A DNA stretch of 64,000 bases from Podarcis tiliguerta (Eukaryota), in the NCBI GenBank assembly GCA_965153285.1, contig OZ229114.1. One strand, 5' to 3'. The position numbers were made by a program, and so were the translations under genes. The notes beneath the pieces were generated by a model. The model was not told the origin of the DNA. It was given only the letters and a program-made list of their open reading frames with translations, and ran no database searches. The first letter of the stretch is position 1, and each line of letters begins with the position of its first letter. Positions 39,150 to 52,145 of the stretch are shown here, one piece after another.

Positions 39150-39560
39150 CAACTGGAAATTCAGCTTATGAATGACGATGACTTGATATGTTTCTTTTCT
39201 CCCTCCCTCCTTTTGATAATTCTGCCTAGGTTATTCCTTTTCCCAGTGAGGCTATTTTATCATGGCAAACACGTTCCCAGTGTGGACATTAATCAATGGC
39301 AAATTAGAATGGAATTGATATATGCATATGACATGCACATTAATTTTAAATGTGTTTATTGTAATTAGTGTCATTACAATGAATGCCAGTGGAATCAGCA
39401 AGTGATTAACCTCATTTATGATTGGTTACAGTTTGTTTTTTGTAAAGTTCAACTTTAAAATTAGCACATCAAAATGTCTCTGTGTTATTTAGGATAGTTA
39501 CTGGAGTGAATGCATAACTATTTCAAAGTATTTTAATAAATATTGACAGCTTGTCCAAAT
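39150..39560. promoter_or_regulatory. Candidate conserved developmental enhancer
   Basis: Repeat-free and AT-rich; PBX-HOX-type TGATTAAT (minus strand 39288-39295), TAATTA at 39362, MEIS-type TGACAG at 39544; conservation is inferred, not measured. Confidence 0.45.
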
Positions 39561-41064
39561 TAAGTTTTTTTTAAAGAAAGAAGAAGAAGAAGAAAGGCAT
39601 TCCAGATGTTTCAACCATTTTCAAACACAAAGCGATATCTTGCACACCATGTGTATTGTTTACAGTGTATAGCATCCCTTGACCCTCACTACTTCCTACC
39701 AGAGCTTCTCAGCTCCATGTACATGAATATTGACTTCATGAGCATTTCTAGGTTAAGGACCATGGAGAGCTCTCCACTTGTTTCCATGGAAAGAACTGTA
39801 ATCACAGAATGTCATTAAAACTGTTTAAAAACAGAAGAAAACTCAAGCAAATATTTAACTGGACAAACGTGGAAGGAATTACTACAGGCTAACACAAATT
39901 AATAGTTATGTGTAAATGTTACCGATTACTACCTTCTGTTCATAATTTTAAAGGCTGTTTCCAGTATTAGTCCTACTCAGAGTAGACCCACTGAAAATAA
40001 CAGACATGGTTAATTGGGAGGTGTGTGACTATAACATTTGTATAACAAAAAATGGGGCATTTATTCCATGCTCAGTGGCCTGGCTTGGTCTGTTTCCAAT
40101 AACTCTGCCCAATATTTTAAAGTATATGTTTAGTTTTTCAAACAATATCGAAGAACTATTCTATTGGCATGTTTTCATATTGTAATTGTAATGTCCAATA
40201 TGATATTTTGTTTTGATGCTAATTATGTTACTTTAAATGCAGCATAGGAAACATGGCATGGTGGCAGTTGACACTGCCACAAACATGGCTAGGTGGTGCA
40301 GGCATCATTGGTACCATGCCAAGGGCCCTGCAGAATCAGGCACCATCCCTGAAGTAATGAAACCTCTGTGCCAAATATAGTTAGACAGGAAACAGTGTTA
40401 AAAGCCGCCTTTATTTTTCTGGCATATTTGATACCAATGAATTTCTCCCAGTAATACATGTTTCAGGATGAGTATTTTCTGGCAAAAACGAAATAACAAT
40501 GTTCTGTCTTCAAGAGAGGCTGGCGATTTCTTTATCCTGGGCTATTTCTCCCCGCTTCCCATTTTTCTTACTCACACATTGGGAATCACCTTGCATCCCA
40601 CTGTGAGCTAACAGTTAGGAATACATTTTGCTTACAGCATGTGGTAGACAATCCAGTTTGTTGGGGGAACATTACAGGGCTTACTGAAGATAATGGCCCT
40701 TCTAATTATGGGAGGTATTTGCACATAATGGCTGAACATCTAGACATCGATTACTAATAGCTTGTTAAATGTGCAAGGACGCCACACATTAATGGCCGTA
40801 TTAAGCTGTGACAATGCAGTGATCATTTGAATTCATTTTTATACTGTTCTCCCCCACTGCCACCGCCACACACACACATTTATAAAAGGCTTCAAGCTTC
40901 TATCTCACCAGTTCTTCACTATCTCAAAAGCATTTTTTCCAATTAGGCCTCATGAGGTAGAGTGAAGCTATTACTTACTCCAGAAATGCAACAAGCCCTG
41001 GTGTAACCTTTATTCAGGGCCTGTGGTGATTTGACAAAATATAATTTCCCTAAAGAGCTCAAGA

Positions 41065-41190
41065 CAGGGGCAGCCTCCCTGGCAGTCTCCCGATGTCTTT
41101 GGACTCCAACTCTCAACAATTCCAGCCATTGTGACCAATGGTCAGGAAGTTGTGGTGTAACAATGTCTGACATACAACAAATGAACAAGA
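41065..41190. mobile_element. Palindromic hAT-like MITE, degraded
   Basis: CAGGGGCAGCC..GATGTCTTTGGACTCCAACTCTCA..CCAATGGTCAGGAAG. Confidence 0.65.
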
Positions 41191-41489
41191 GAATGGTGAT
41201 GGAAAACTTAGGAAACGGCGAGTAATGGGACTCTGTAAAGGAGACAATTTAAATCTTAGAGCTCCAATGCAGACACACCTCAGGATTCCAGGAGCCACTT
41301 CCCTGTGTTAAGCATGTCTTAAAAGTCTATGCATTTGCTAAAATGACCACAGTATCTGCATACCACATTCAGTAGTCATCCCTTATGCAGAAATTTGCTA
41401 AGCCTGAGATGTAAATGGCTGAGCTGGGGCGATATCAGTGCTAATGGTTAAAGGGACAATGCCAAGAGTAGAAGCAAATAAGAAGTCCA

Positions 41490-41605
41490 AGTGGGTGTTA
41501 CTGGACAACAACTCCAATCATCCCTGACCTTTAGTCTTGCTGGATGGGGCTAATGAGAGCTAGAGTCCAACTATATCTGAAGGGCACCATCTTGACTACT
41601 CCTGT
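41490..41605. mobile_element. Palindromic hAT-like MITE, degraded
   Basis: GGACAACAACTCCAATCATCCCTGACC..GAGTCCAACTATATCTGAAGGGCACC. Confidence 0.7.
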
Positions 41606-41799
41606 TTTATGAACTCTGAGTCTATAACAGTTCACACACTGAATGCAAACCATCAGCGTGATGCTCCTGCAAAGTACATGCTAGCATACATACTGACTGA
41701 GGATTGTAAGCATTCATAGAAATAGAATATCCAAGATTATATGGCACAGCAGGAATATCTTGTTTGAAAGCAAATACACAAAAACGAATGTGCACAAAT

Positions 41800-42003
41800 T
41801 GATGGGAATCCGGAGATGAACAGAGGCAATGACAAAAGGGTTGAGTAGCATGTCATAAGAGGAAAAGTAAATGGAATTTGCTATAATTAGTTTGAAGAAA
41901 AGAGGATTAAAGGTTCACTTAATAATCTTCAAATATCTTAATGGTTGCTGAAAAGAAAGTAGGGAATAATTGTGTTCCTTTGCCACTGGGACAAGGACAA
42001 AGG
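41800..42003 (+). mobile_element. Ancient CR1/L3 ORF2 remnant
   Basis: Translates approximately MTKGLSSMS*EEK*MEFAIISLKKRGLKVHLIIFKYLNGC*KE..LCSFATGTRTK, matching the CR1 ORF2 C-terminal pattern GLE.LSYEERL.ELGLFSLEKRRLRGDLI.VFKYLKG. Confidence 0.75.
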
Positions 42004-42196
42004 AGAGTGAAGAGCAGAGTAGTGGTTAGGCAATCTGATCCTAACCAAATTTATATAGGGGTTTTCCACTGGCTTTGATGGACCATGCCACCCCAAGCTC
42101 TCCCTAATTTTCTTTAGCTTGCTGTTCTGTGTTCCTAATACCCAATGCCTCACTTCCCACTTTCCTGTCCAAGGAAGGTTCTTAAACCTTCAAGGG

Positions 42197-42338
42197 CAAA
42201 GGTGGGAAACCTGTGGCTCTCCAGATGTTGGTGGACTGCAGCTTCCAGTATCTCTGACCATTGGCCATGCTAGCTGGTGCTAATAGGAGCTGGAATACAA
42301 CAACCACTGAAGGGCCACAGATTTGCCAGCTCTCCTCT
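42197..42338. mobile_element. Palindromic hAT-like MITE
   Basis: GGTGGGAAACCTGTGGCTCTCCAGATGTTGGTGGACT..GAAGGGCCACAGATT. Confidence 0.8.
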
Positions 42339-43279
42339 AACTGTAAATATGGAGGCAAGGCAAGTGTGGAGTCAAAGGGAACAGGGACCACAATGGGAGA
42401 GAATGCTTCAAAATGCTTCACAAATCATTGTGAATCTTGAGTGGAGAGACTCAGCTATGCCACAGACAGCATGTACTGCTTCCAATGTGGCCAGAGGTCA
42501 TCCCTGAACTACAGGTATGTCTCAGAACCATGCACTGCTGCAAGAGATATTGGAGTGTGCCCTCACGTGGTACAGAGCTGACATGGCATAAGGCTTGAAA
42601 CTGTATGTGCAACTTCCAATATGGCTGAACTTCATAGAAAGAAAAATAACTTTAGTTACATTCCACTGAAAATAAAAAGATCACAGAGGGCAAGTAAACA
42701 TTTTCTCTAAATAGGTTACAAGTTATACTGAAATGAAATATATTTTATTGGACTGCCGGTTCATGCATAGCTTTTCCATTCTTAGATAAGGCCTTCCATT
42801 GCTTTTTTTTACATTGCCACCGATTCTCCTGGTTCATTTTCTATTGGATATACTTTTCAGTCTTGTTTCACAGCTTCCTCTTTTGTGCCTAGTGCATTTT
42901 ATTATGTAACGAATCAATTACAACCTTTATCCCCAACTACTGTCTTATTTCTCCATGAGTTCATGAATGTTGAAAAACACCTCTCATTTTCAGCAGTTTT
43001 CACATTGTGAACATAATTCACATTGATTCAGCATAGTCATGCGCTGCTTCTTGTGTTATTGCTTTTCTTTTTGCCCTCGGTGCCCTTGACCTCATTGGCT
43101 CTCACTGCTGTTTAGTCTGTTTGGCTGTGACAACTCAGTGATTTAGTTTATGTGTATCCTTGACATCATCAAATCATTGACATTGTGACATCACTGACAA
43201 TATTCACATCACATGGCTGCAGTCAGTCAGAAGGGCAAAGGAGGTGAAGGATAGTGTAGACAGAGTGTTGATGTTCTGA

Positions 43280-43465
43280 TGTGCTCATGTCCTGCTTTCA
43301 GGTTTCACATTGGCATCTGGTTGGCCACTGTGAGAACAAGATGCTGAACTAGAAGGGCCATTGGCCTGATCCAGCACACTTCTCTGATATTCTTACGTTC
43401 TGGAGATACTGGGCTAGATGGGCCAATGGTCTTACTCAGTATAAGGCAGCTTCCCATGTTCCCAA
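43280..43465 (+). mobile_element. Two consecutive CR1-type 3' ends
   Basis: GGCATCTGGTTGGCCACTGTGAGAACAAGATGCTG..CTTACGTTCT followed by ATACTGGGCTAGATGGGCCAATGGTC..GTATAAGGCAGCTTCCCATGTTCC. Confidence 0.75.
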
Positions 43466-45991
43466 TTTTGAGGACGATATTGAAATTAGTGGGTTTTGTT
43501 GTTGTTGTGGAATTAAAGTTTATTTAGCCTTCTTTGCTGCTATTCCTCCAGTAACTTTACCGTATCATATATATATGGATCTCAGGAGTTCCCTCATCCA
43601 GGCAGATAAAAGGGCATGGTTTGCTTAGTTACTTTTAGTTACTTTTGTCTGCAGAATTCCACATGCCTCTTAAATTGCTTTTCCATTTTCTTCTACAATA
43701 TTGACTTTTCCCATTCACATTTGCTGATGAGCAAGGTACGGTTTATGTAAACAGATATATTAACCAATAAAAACATCCAATAGGATGGAGTGACAATCTA
43801 TTTGGCCATTGATTATTGTGGACTTCACACAGCTGTGAAAATTATGCACCCTTCCTCAGTTTCTTCTAAACACTAAGCTATACATACCATTTATTTATTG
43901 CCAAGCTTGAGCTTGCCACAGCTGTCACGCATTATTCCAAGCCAAATTGTCCTCTTTCTAAATGAAGTAAAGATATTGTGAGAAATTTTCCATGCAGGGA
44001 TGTGATCGTGAGCAGCCTTTAATATGCCATCGAATTCCCATCAAGCTTCTGCTCTGTATGTTTGGGCAGTACAAAAAAACAGTCTGGCAGGCACCAAGGT
44101 GTCCCTGGTTGATAGTCAATGGGTAACCAGTGGTCAGTGGGTACTACAAGTCTCCTTTCTCCCCAGTCTCAGCTCTCCTCCTTTCCCTCCTTTATCTTTC
44201 CTGATTCATACATACATCAGCACACATGCCACCCTTCTATACTCTTACCCCCTTTTCTTCTCTTATCTCTGTGGAACAGTCCATTTTGCCAGTTCTGTGG
44301 AAGAGCAGAGAAGGTTTCTGCAACTGCAGTGATGACCATAAGATGAAGCCAGGGGTATTGATGGATAACCAAGAGGAATTTTCTATCAGGCCAGTTCTCA
44401 GGATAAAAACATGGGTTTAATATCCTGGAGTGGTGGTGAGTGGTAGTCACAAGCGGACAGGGGAGATCTGTGGCAGAGAAGCAGTGAGAAAAGAAAGGAT
44501 TAGGTATCTCACAATCTTCACTGTTTTTCCACTCTGCATCCTCCTCCTAAGAATTTCATTTTAATAGTTCTGTTACATGTGGGACACCCAATAAGTTAGA
44601 TAGGTGGAGATCTAATCCTGTGCTCATTGATGTAGCAAAGGGGTTAATATGGGTAAAGGAAGCCATTATTTTGGCCACCCCAGCAGTCTGTTGGCATGCC
44701 TACCAGACTTCAAACCTTTACAGCTATTATAAATAATGCAAGCATCTCTCTAATTATTATTTTTTTTTTGGTGAGCTATGGTTCCTGATGTTTTGTTTGG
44801 TATGAAATGAAATGGAAGGTGCAATTAACTAGCCTATCAGCCATATCCTTGGTCCCTTGAAATCCTAAACCATTCAGGACAAGAGTCTTAATTTAATTCC
44901 CTGCTTTTATAGTTTTGCATATTGTGCCAATTCCAAATACCTCTTTAATTAAGAGATTCTGTACAGTGGCCAGACATTCATGTAATGAAGTTGAGCAAGC
45001 CGTCAACTGACTTAAAACAGATCATTAATTTGTGCCAACTCACTGTGCATTCAACCTCTCATCATTAGTAGGAGATAGTTGATCACTGCCATTGAAAAAT
45101 CTTACCTGCTTGAGAATGTTGCTTTTTTTTAAAAAAAACTGTCTTCTAGATGAAGTCAGATTTTATAACAAAATCTTATAATAGAACAGAACAAAATGGC
45201 TCATCTTCCAGTAATTCTGCCCCACATTTATGTATTTATTATAGCTACATACTCCATGGAATTCAAGGCAGTATGCATGGCTCTCTTCTGTATTATCCTT
45301 TCAACGCCCCTATGAGGAGATGGGTTGACTCCCTATGGATAAATCATACATGCTCCATCCACATTTGCTTCTGGCCCCAACCACCATTGGCATGTATGTC
45401 CTGGCAGGTCACATGGGTGATGCTAGCCAATTAGAGATCACTCCTAGAATAAAACACCTTTACAGACCTTTCACAGCACCCCTCCCTCGCAAAATGGCTG
45501 GAATTGTCTGATGAAGTAGTACATAAATTAGGATTTCCTTTTTCCGTTGTTGTTTTATTTTGCCAAAAACTGTTTTATTTGTATTTTGCCAATACCATTT
45601 AATGGAAAGGTGGGATACAAATTTAACAAGTATATGATGACTAAAGCACCTCACCTCTTTATATTATACCGCTCCTACTACGGGTAATTCATTTTTCTGC
45701 CAATGGTCAGTAATGAATATATCAATTGAACAGTGTAGTAGATGAAGAAGCTGTCCTCAGTTATTTGTTGGTGGAACACCTTGATAGCAGGTTTTAAGAA
45801 TGCTGAAATTTTGAATCATAGGTGAAATGGAGCGAGTGGAATTAATAAATGGAGGACACAGTAGAGAAGCATTTTGATGAGCTGGTTTTTAAAAGGAAGT
45901 GTCATGAAAATGTTGATGATTAAGTCATGCTCACAACATTTTCCAATAGGGAGACCAGGCCCAATACAGAGCCTCCTGCTATGCCTGCAGA

Positions 45992-46468
45992 TTAATAATA
46001 AATAATAATAATAATAATAATATTTTTTATTATTTATATCCTGCCCTTCCCAGCCGAAGCCGGGCTCAGAGCGGCTAACAACAATAAAAGTAACACAACA
46101 TTCTAAAATCAATTCATTTTAAAATCAATTCAAAATCAAATTAATGGCAACCATTGGGCTAGAGTTCTGTGAGGATTACCAAAGGAGGGGGTCAGACTGT
46201 GCCTTGACTAGAGGCCTGGTGCAACAGCTCTGTCTTGCAGGCCCTCTGTCTTGCAGATGTCAAGTCCTGCAGGGCCCTAGTCTCTTGTGACAGAGCGTTC
46301 CACCAGATTGGGGCCACAGCCAAAAAAGTCCTGGCTCTGGTTGAAGCCAGCCTAACCTCCCTGTGGCCCGGGACCTCCAAGATGTTTTTGTTTGAAACAA
46401 AGGTCCTCTGTGGGACATACCAGGAGAGGTGGTCCCGTAGAAACGAGGGTCCTAGGCCGTATATAGAG
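45992..46468 (-). mobile_element. 5'-truncated L2 LINE (ORF2 C-terminus, 3' UTR, (ATT)n tail)
   Basis: ORF 46192-46482 reads YGLGPSFLRDHLSWYVPQR..LEVPGHREVRLASTRARTFLAVAPIWWNAL..CKTEL; terminal hairpin GCCGCTCTGAG..GAAGGGCAGGATATAAAT. Confidence 0.92.
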
Positions 46469-47659
46469 AAATCAGTGTGCATAGTGTGTCTCCCAGTGAC
46501 AGCCAGGCTTAGGCCCCGAAAAGGTGCATTCTAGGAGTGTATGGAGGTGGGACAGAATTGGCTCCATCTGATGGATCTGAAGCATCTTTGTTTCCCTGTG
46601 AGGCCAGAGTATCAGGTGTGTGACCTACACCAGCCTGGAACTGGCATGATTTAAAAACCAAAACCAAAAAAACCAAACACAACCCAAGAACTGCAAGGAC
46701 AAGAAGCACCAGCTAACTGGCACAAGGGACTGATTGCCTGCCACTTCACCACCACCCCTACTTAGGATATGCTTCATATGGCATCAGCTCCTGTAGGATT
46801 AAAGGCGGAGGCCTCTGAAACACACGGCTGGCCCAGTTTTGTTAACGAATCAGCCAGAGTGCCTACGTGAGTGACCAGAATTTTTTGGCTACCTGGAGGT
46901 CTTTGGACTAAATGAAACATCTGCTGTGATTCTAATCTTCAAGTAGCAGGCCTTGGCCATGCAGTCCTTTGATCAGTTTTGGCCAGAGTAACAAAGACTA
47001 GCTAATGCCCTCAATGAACAGCATTGGCTGAAAAGCTTCTTTAATCAGAAAGCAAATATGTTGCTGTGCAGGTTCCATAGGACTGATGGTTGCACACAAA
47101 CCAGGCAACTATGCACCAGCTGAAATAACTGGATACATAAAATCTTAATTTTAAGGCACCCCTGGATTTTATCAATAACTTATTTATTGTTTTTAATTTT
47201 GCTTTGCTTTTTATAGTATGCATGGGGTGGAAATAACATTTCTTTCTTTTAAAATTTAAGTTTTATCACATTTAGCAGGATTTAATTTTACATCTGAATC
47301 ATTTTTATTTCTTCAGTGTTTTCTGCTTTCATAATGCTTCTGTTGCCCACATTTGGAACAGGTTCAATTGATAGATCAGTTGGAACGAGAATATAGGTGA
47401 CTCCAAGTTCAATGGGAGTAGCATGTTAAGTTGATGCTTTTTTCAAAAATTCCCAGGAGGGAAATTTCAGGTAACTTTCGATACCACTCCCATCTTATAC
47501 TTTTTAAAAGCTAAAAATGCTCAGTTAAAAAAAAAGTACAGTGGGATGAAATCATGTTTCCAATAAATGCTCTCAGTGCATTTGATCCTTATGGGACAGC
47601 GTGGCAATGAATAGAAAGTTGTACTGAGTTCACATTTTATCTTTGTCACAGACGCATTG

Positions 47660-47800
47660 TATAAGTCAATATATCTAAACCTCAACTCCCTATGTTGTAA
47701 AACAGGAATTATAGGGACTTTACACCACTGGGTTGTTGGCAATATATATACATACACCATAGGAGTCACTTGCAAATTAAAAGTGCTATATAATGGATGA
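47660..47800 (+). mobile_element. MIR/CORE-like SINE remnant
   Basis: CCTCAACTCCCTATGTTGTAAAACAGGAATTATA..GGGTTGTTG..AAAGTGCTATATAATG resembles the CORE domain and L2-like tail. Confidence 0.5.
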
Positions 47801-48090
47801 TAAATCAGTGTACCTTCAAACCACATCAAAGAGGTGTGGCAACAAAACTGACACCCCTACCTTGTTGTCCCACATTTCTGTTTTTGTTCACACTGGTGGC
47901 TGCATAACACCCACTGAACTGTCTCTCCAGCAGTAGTTTGGATGGGTGTATTGAACATTCTGTGAAGCACCATAGCTTTTCAATGACCCAAAATAGTCAG
48001 GTGGGCTGCATGAAGGCTGCAACACATCTGATGCTATAAACAGGACTTATTTTCCCATGGCAAACAACAGTGAGGTATCAGCCTTTGAAC

Positions 48091-48136
48091 TGTGTTGTGT
48101 TGTGTTGTGTTGTGTTGTTGTGTTGTGTTGTGTGTG
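48091..48136. repeat. (TGTGT)n pentamer microsatellite
   Basis: Read directly. Confidence 0.95.
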
Positions 48137-50204
48137 CAGGCAAACTCTGAGGATACTTTCATTTGTATTCTCTAGAAATAAACCCCACAGTAGCTCACAT
48201 AACACTGACTTGGCTCAACATCTCCCACAAATCACAGTGTATGTTAAAGAAGCCAAGATGCATCGTTGGAAATAACGGCATGAATAGCTTTGCAGCACAA
48301 AGCATAATGGACTGGAGAGTGTCTCACTTCGACTGAGAATGCATATTTTATTTATTATTATGATGAAACATAGTTTATTGATTTCAGACTTAAACAGAAT
48401 TACATAACATCAACAACAAATAAAGCTCCCTCCCACTGTCCCCTCCCAGAGTGCAGATTGGCCTCTAAGTAAGACATAGCTTCTCCCTGGCTCTAAGTTT
48501 TCACAAGCATCTATAAAGTAATTAATTGAAAGTGTCATTCCACAGCATTCCGTGTGTTCTTGGTGGGTGAAAGCCATGTCCAATGGATTGCAGATATTAA
48601 ATAAAATCAAGAGAATGCATATTTTATTGACTTAGAAAATGCACTGCCTTTTTTAAAAGGATGTGAAAGTACTCTAGTAGTGTAGTCTGGGTTGTGGGAG
48701 ACCTCTCTATCCCTGTTCACTTTTGAAAGTTCAGAGCGGGTGGAGGGGGACTTTTTCAGACTTTTTCAGTCTAAGGACCACATAAGGCAAGCTTCCAGAG
48801 GCCACATAATAGTGGCAAGCAGGACCAGAGACAAAAGGGGACAGAGCAATGGTGTGATACTAACCTTTGTACTATCAGTAACATTAAGTCACACAAAAAG
48901 TTGTAGGTTTCCACAAACATCCTCCTCCTTCTATCATTGTCAGTTAAAGGACATATTCTACTCAGGCAACAAATCTCAAAAATGGTATGGCCTGTGGGAT
49001 GGGGTGGCTTGCATGCATCTGAGGGGCCAAATAGGGAGGCCACATTTGTCCCCCAGATCAGAGGTTGTCCACCTCTGCTCAGATACTTGTATACAAAACA
49101 CTGAAATAGGCCTGAGCTATACCTTTTTTTTAAAAAAAAGTTTTTGCTTTCCTTGAAACTTCTACTTTTTGTTACTAATGTTCATTACCTCCTTTGAAAC
49201 ATTCACTTGTTTTCATCCATTGTTTGAACTGTGTGGTCCTTCGGTGATCTCCTGACATTCAGTGGCATCTTAATGCCATCATACAATGCCTTTCTGTGCC
49301 TTGTTTAGTGTGTTATTGTTTGTGTTGACTTCTGTGGCTTAATTTTTGGATGGGTGGAGATGCCATGCACTGTCGTATGAGGGCACCTATGGAAATCAGT
49401 CCTGAAAGAAACAGTGGTGCACCACATTATAGTGTAAAAATGAACACTTTTGGGGGTAGAATTGGCAACGTGGTCAGTGTAAAAGGTCCACCCTCAAGTG
49501 AAAAATGCTGTGACATTTCACTGCAACCCTAAAGTCTCTCTCCTCTGTCCCCTTTTGTGATTGTGGAGGAAAATGTCGGCAATTAGACAAGAGTATAGCC
49601 ATAGGCTCAAAAAGCTGAAGGAGGGAAGCCTGCCAAGAATCCCCCCCCCCCGAAAATGGCTTTGGCCTTTGGGTGGCACAAATATTTAAGCCTACATATA
49701 CTTAGTATGGTACCCTAAGTATTTATCAGCTTCTTGGCTAAGTGAGAATAATCTCTGAAGAGATGCAATTTATTTATTTTTTGCTTCAAGTTTGGAGTTC
49801 TGTACAAAATGCTATTGCATACCAAGTGGAATACTACAGCAGCTGTGGTTTGGCATCAGCCACCATGTTACTGCAAACTGAATTCAAATTGTGCTCATTA
49901 TCCAGAGAGAATACAAGCACATTAGCTGCAGTCCTGGTTCATGACGTAATCCTTTGTGCTAAGGAAGTGGCTGGATCCTAAAATATACCATTCCTGAAAA
50001 TTTAGTCTTGCCCTTCTTAATATTGAAAAACATAGAAGATTCTGTACTTTATCTAGCCAGTATAGAACTAGGCCCAACTGGTTATACAGAAGATTGTTTA
50101 CTAATATAGCTACTGCGGCATTCCTAGAATGCCAGGAGAAGACCTAGAAGTGATTCTACCTGTGCTTGTTTGCAGGAACACACAGTCCTTGGCAGCTGCT
50201 TTGC

Positions 50205-50488
50205 ATCAGGGCAGGCAAAGGTGCTTCTTCACTCAGCACATAGTTAAACTATGGCATTTCCTCCCATAAGAAGTACTAGCAATGGCCCCTACATGGATAG
50301 CTTTAAAAGACAAATTCATGTGGCTATTCTGAATGCCAGATTTTGGAAATCACCAGTGGGGAGAGTGATGTTGTGCTCAGATTCTGCTCCTGGGCTTCCC
50401 ATAGGCATCTAGTTTGTTACTGCATGGAGAGGATGCTGGACTAGATTGGGACTAATCCAGAAGATTCTTCTCTTGTTCTTATGTTCAT
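50205..50488 (+). mobile_element. CR1 LINE 3' end (ORF2 terminus plus UTR)
   Basis: TTCTTCACTCAGCACATAGTTAAACTATGGCATTTCCTCCCA encodes FFTQHIVKLWHFLP (cf. CR1 FFTQRIVKLWNSLP); UTR ends TTCTTATGTTC. Confidence 0.85.
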
Positions 50489-50606
50489 TAATGTAACAGT
50501 TAATGATTCATTAGATCCAGGGATTAACAGGGTATGTTTTTTATAAGAAGAGTTCAGCCTGGAATATGAAAATATTAAAGAACAGTGCTTCTGAATAAGT
50601 ATTCTT

Positions 50607-50757
50607 TTAGTACATTTATATACTGTCTTACTTTATCACAGAACTTCAGGTGGTGAACATGAGATGGCGTTCCCACAGGTTTCCCATTCAGGTCCCGATG
50701 AGACCTAAACCTTCTTAGCTCCAACTGGTGGTTATATCATGTGCGTTCAGATCCCAC
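50607..50757 (-). mobile_element. 5S rRNA-derived SINE with L2-like tail
   Basis: Minus strand CTGAACGCACATG..GGAGCTAAGAAGG..AGGTCT..CCTGAATGGGAAACC..TGGGAAC..CAGTATATAAATGTA. Confidence 0.65.
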
Positions 50758-50775
50758 CATGCTTTCACTCAGAAT

Positions 50776-50911
50776 CAGGGCTTTTTTCCAGCTGGAACTT
50801 GCCAGAACTCAGTTCTGGCACCTCTCAGGTGGCCACCATTGCCTTTATAAGAGAACAAGGAAGGTGTTCATGGGAAGTTCTGGCACCTCATTTTCTAGAA
50901 AAATAGCACTG
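50776..50911. mobile_element. hAT MITE with perfect 8-bp TSD
   Basis: TSD CTCAGAAT at 50768-50775 and 50912-50919; TIR CAGGGCTTTTTT / AAAAATAGCACTG; internal repeat AGTTCTGGCACCTC x2. Confidence 0.92.
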
Positions 50912-51666
50912 CTCAGAATATGTTTCCTGTGCAATGAAACCCACAGTTGAACCTCACTCTTCTTAGATTAAGGGTCAAAGTTTCAATGTAAAGGAACGTG
51001 AGCTGTATACAGGCTTGAACTCCACCACCCTTACCTTATTTAAAAAAATTAACAACTAGTAATGACTCATAGAATCTGTCCTTAGGCAATTTGTTCTAAT
51101 GATTTGCCGTAAATCTACCTTAATGCAAGTGATACTGATTCATTTACAGAAACGGATCTGCTAATGACAGTGCTGATCCCAAATTCTAAGGCAGTAATGA
51201 TTTTCCTCTCTTTTTCATCATTTTGATGCAGTACCTCTGCGTATTAAGATACCCAAAATAGCTTTGTCAGCAGTTCTCCTAACTGACTAATGTGAGCAAG
51301 TAGCAAACCCATTTCCTAATTAATGGGAACAAAGGCTTTGGTCTTTTGAAAGTTCATTAAACTCTCTACAGTAATTAGCTGCTTGTACACTAGCCCTATC
51401 TGCTATTCTATCGACGAACTGGTCCTAATTAGATTCAGCACCTGGACACATCTTGTTTACTCATCAAGCATTCATTTAGGTCAGTCTGGAGGAACCGTTT
51501 CTATTACAGAGAACTTCGTCCATTTTATTACAAAACCTCAAGAGTTCATATCAAATTCTGAGAATTATAATAGAGCTCATACTGCTCTGAGGTATAGTAT
51601 CCACCAATTAATAGAAGAGTAAAGGACTCAGTGGACCTGTAACTCATTTTTATTACTTTTCCAGTG

Positions 51667-51858
51667 ATACATAGGATGCTGTCCTGGACAAAGTTAGAAA
51701 ACTGCTCCACCTAGCTCAGTGTAATTGACACTGATTGGCATTGGCTCTCCAGGGTTTCAGACAGGAGTCTTTCCCCATCTCTACCTGGAGGCACCAGAAA
51801 TTGAAGCTGGGACCTTCTGAATGCAAAACACATACTCTACCACTGACCTATGACCCTC
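51667..51858 (-). mobile_element. tRNA-Ala-derived SINE with CR1-type tail
   Basis: Minus strand TAGGTCAGTGGTAGAGTATGTGTTTTGCATTCAGAAGGTCCCAGCTTCAATT resembles tRNA-Ala(TGC); tail CAGCATCCTATGT. Confidence 0.75.
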
Positions 51859-52145
51859 TACTACTAGCATACATTAACCAGTGACAGCAGCTGAAGGACA
51901 GGTGGTTATGGTTTGGGGAAAATAGAATCAAAGGTCAAATGGGAAGCTAGAGGTTCCTCAACCCTGATGTATTGGTTACAAACTTCTCTGAGCCTCTGGA
52001 CCCGTCTCTAGTAAGCATATAATATGGGACTCTACCTTATTGTATTCATTTATTAATTAAATTTATATCCTGCCCTTCCTTCCAAAGGAGCCCAATACAG
52101 TTTAGAATTTTCCTACTTCTGTGAGCAGAAATATTGTGCAGATGG

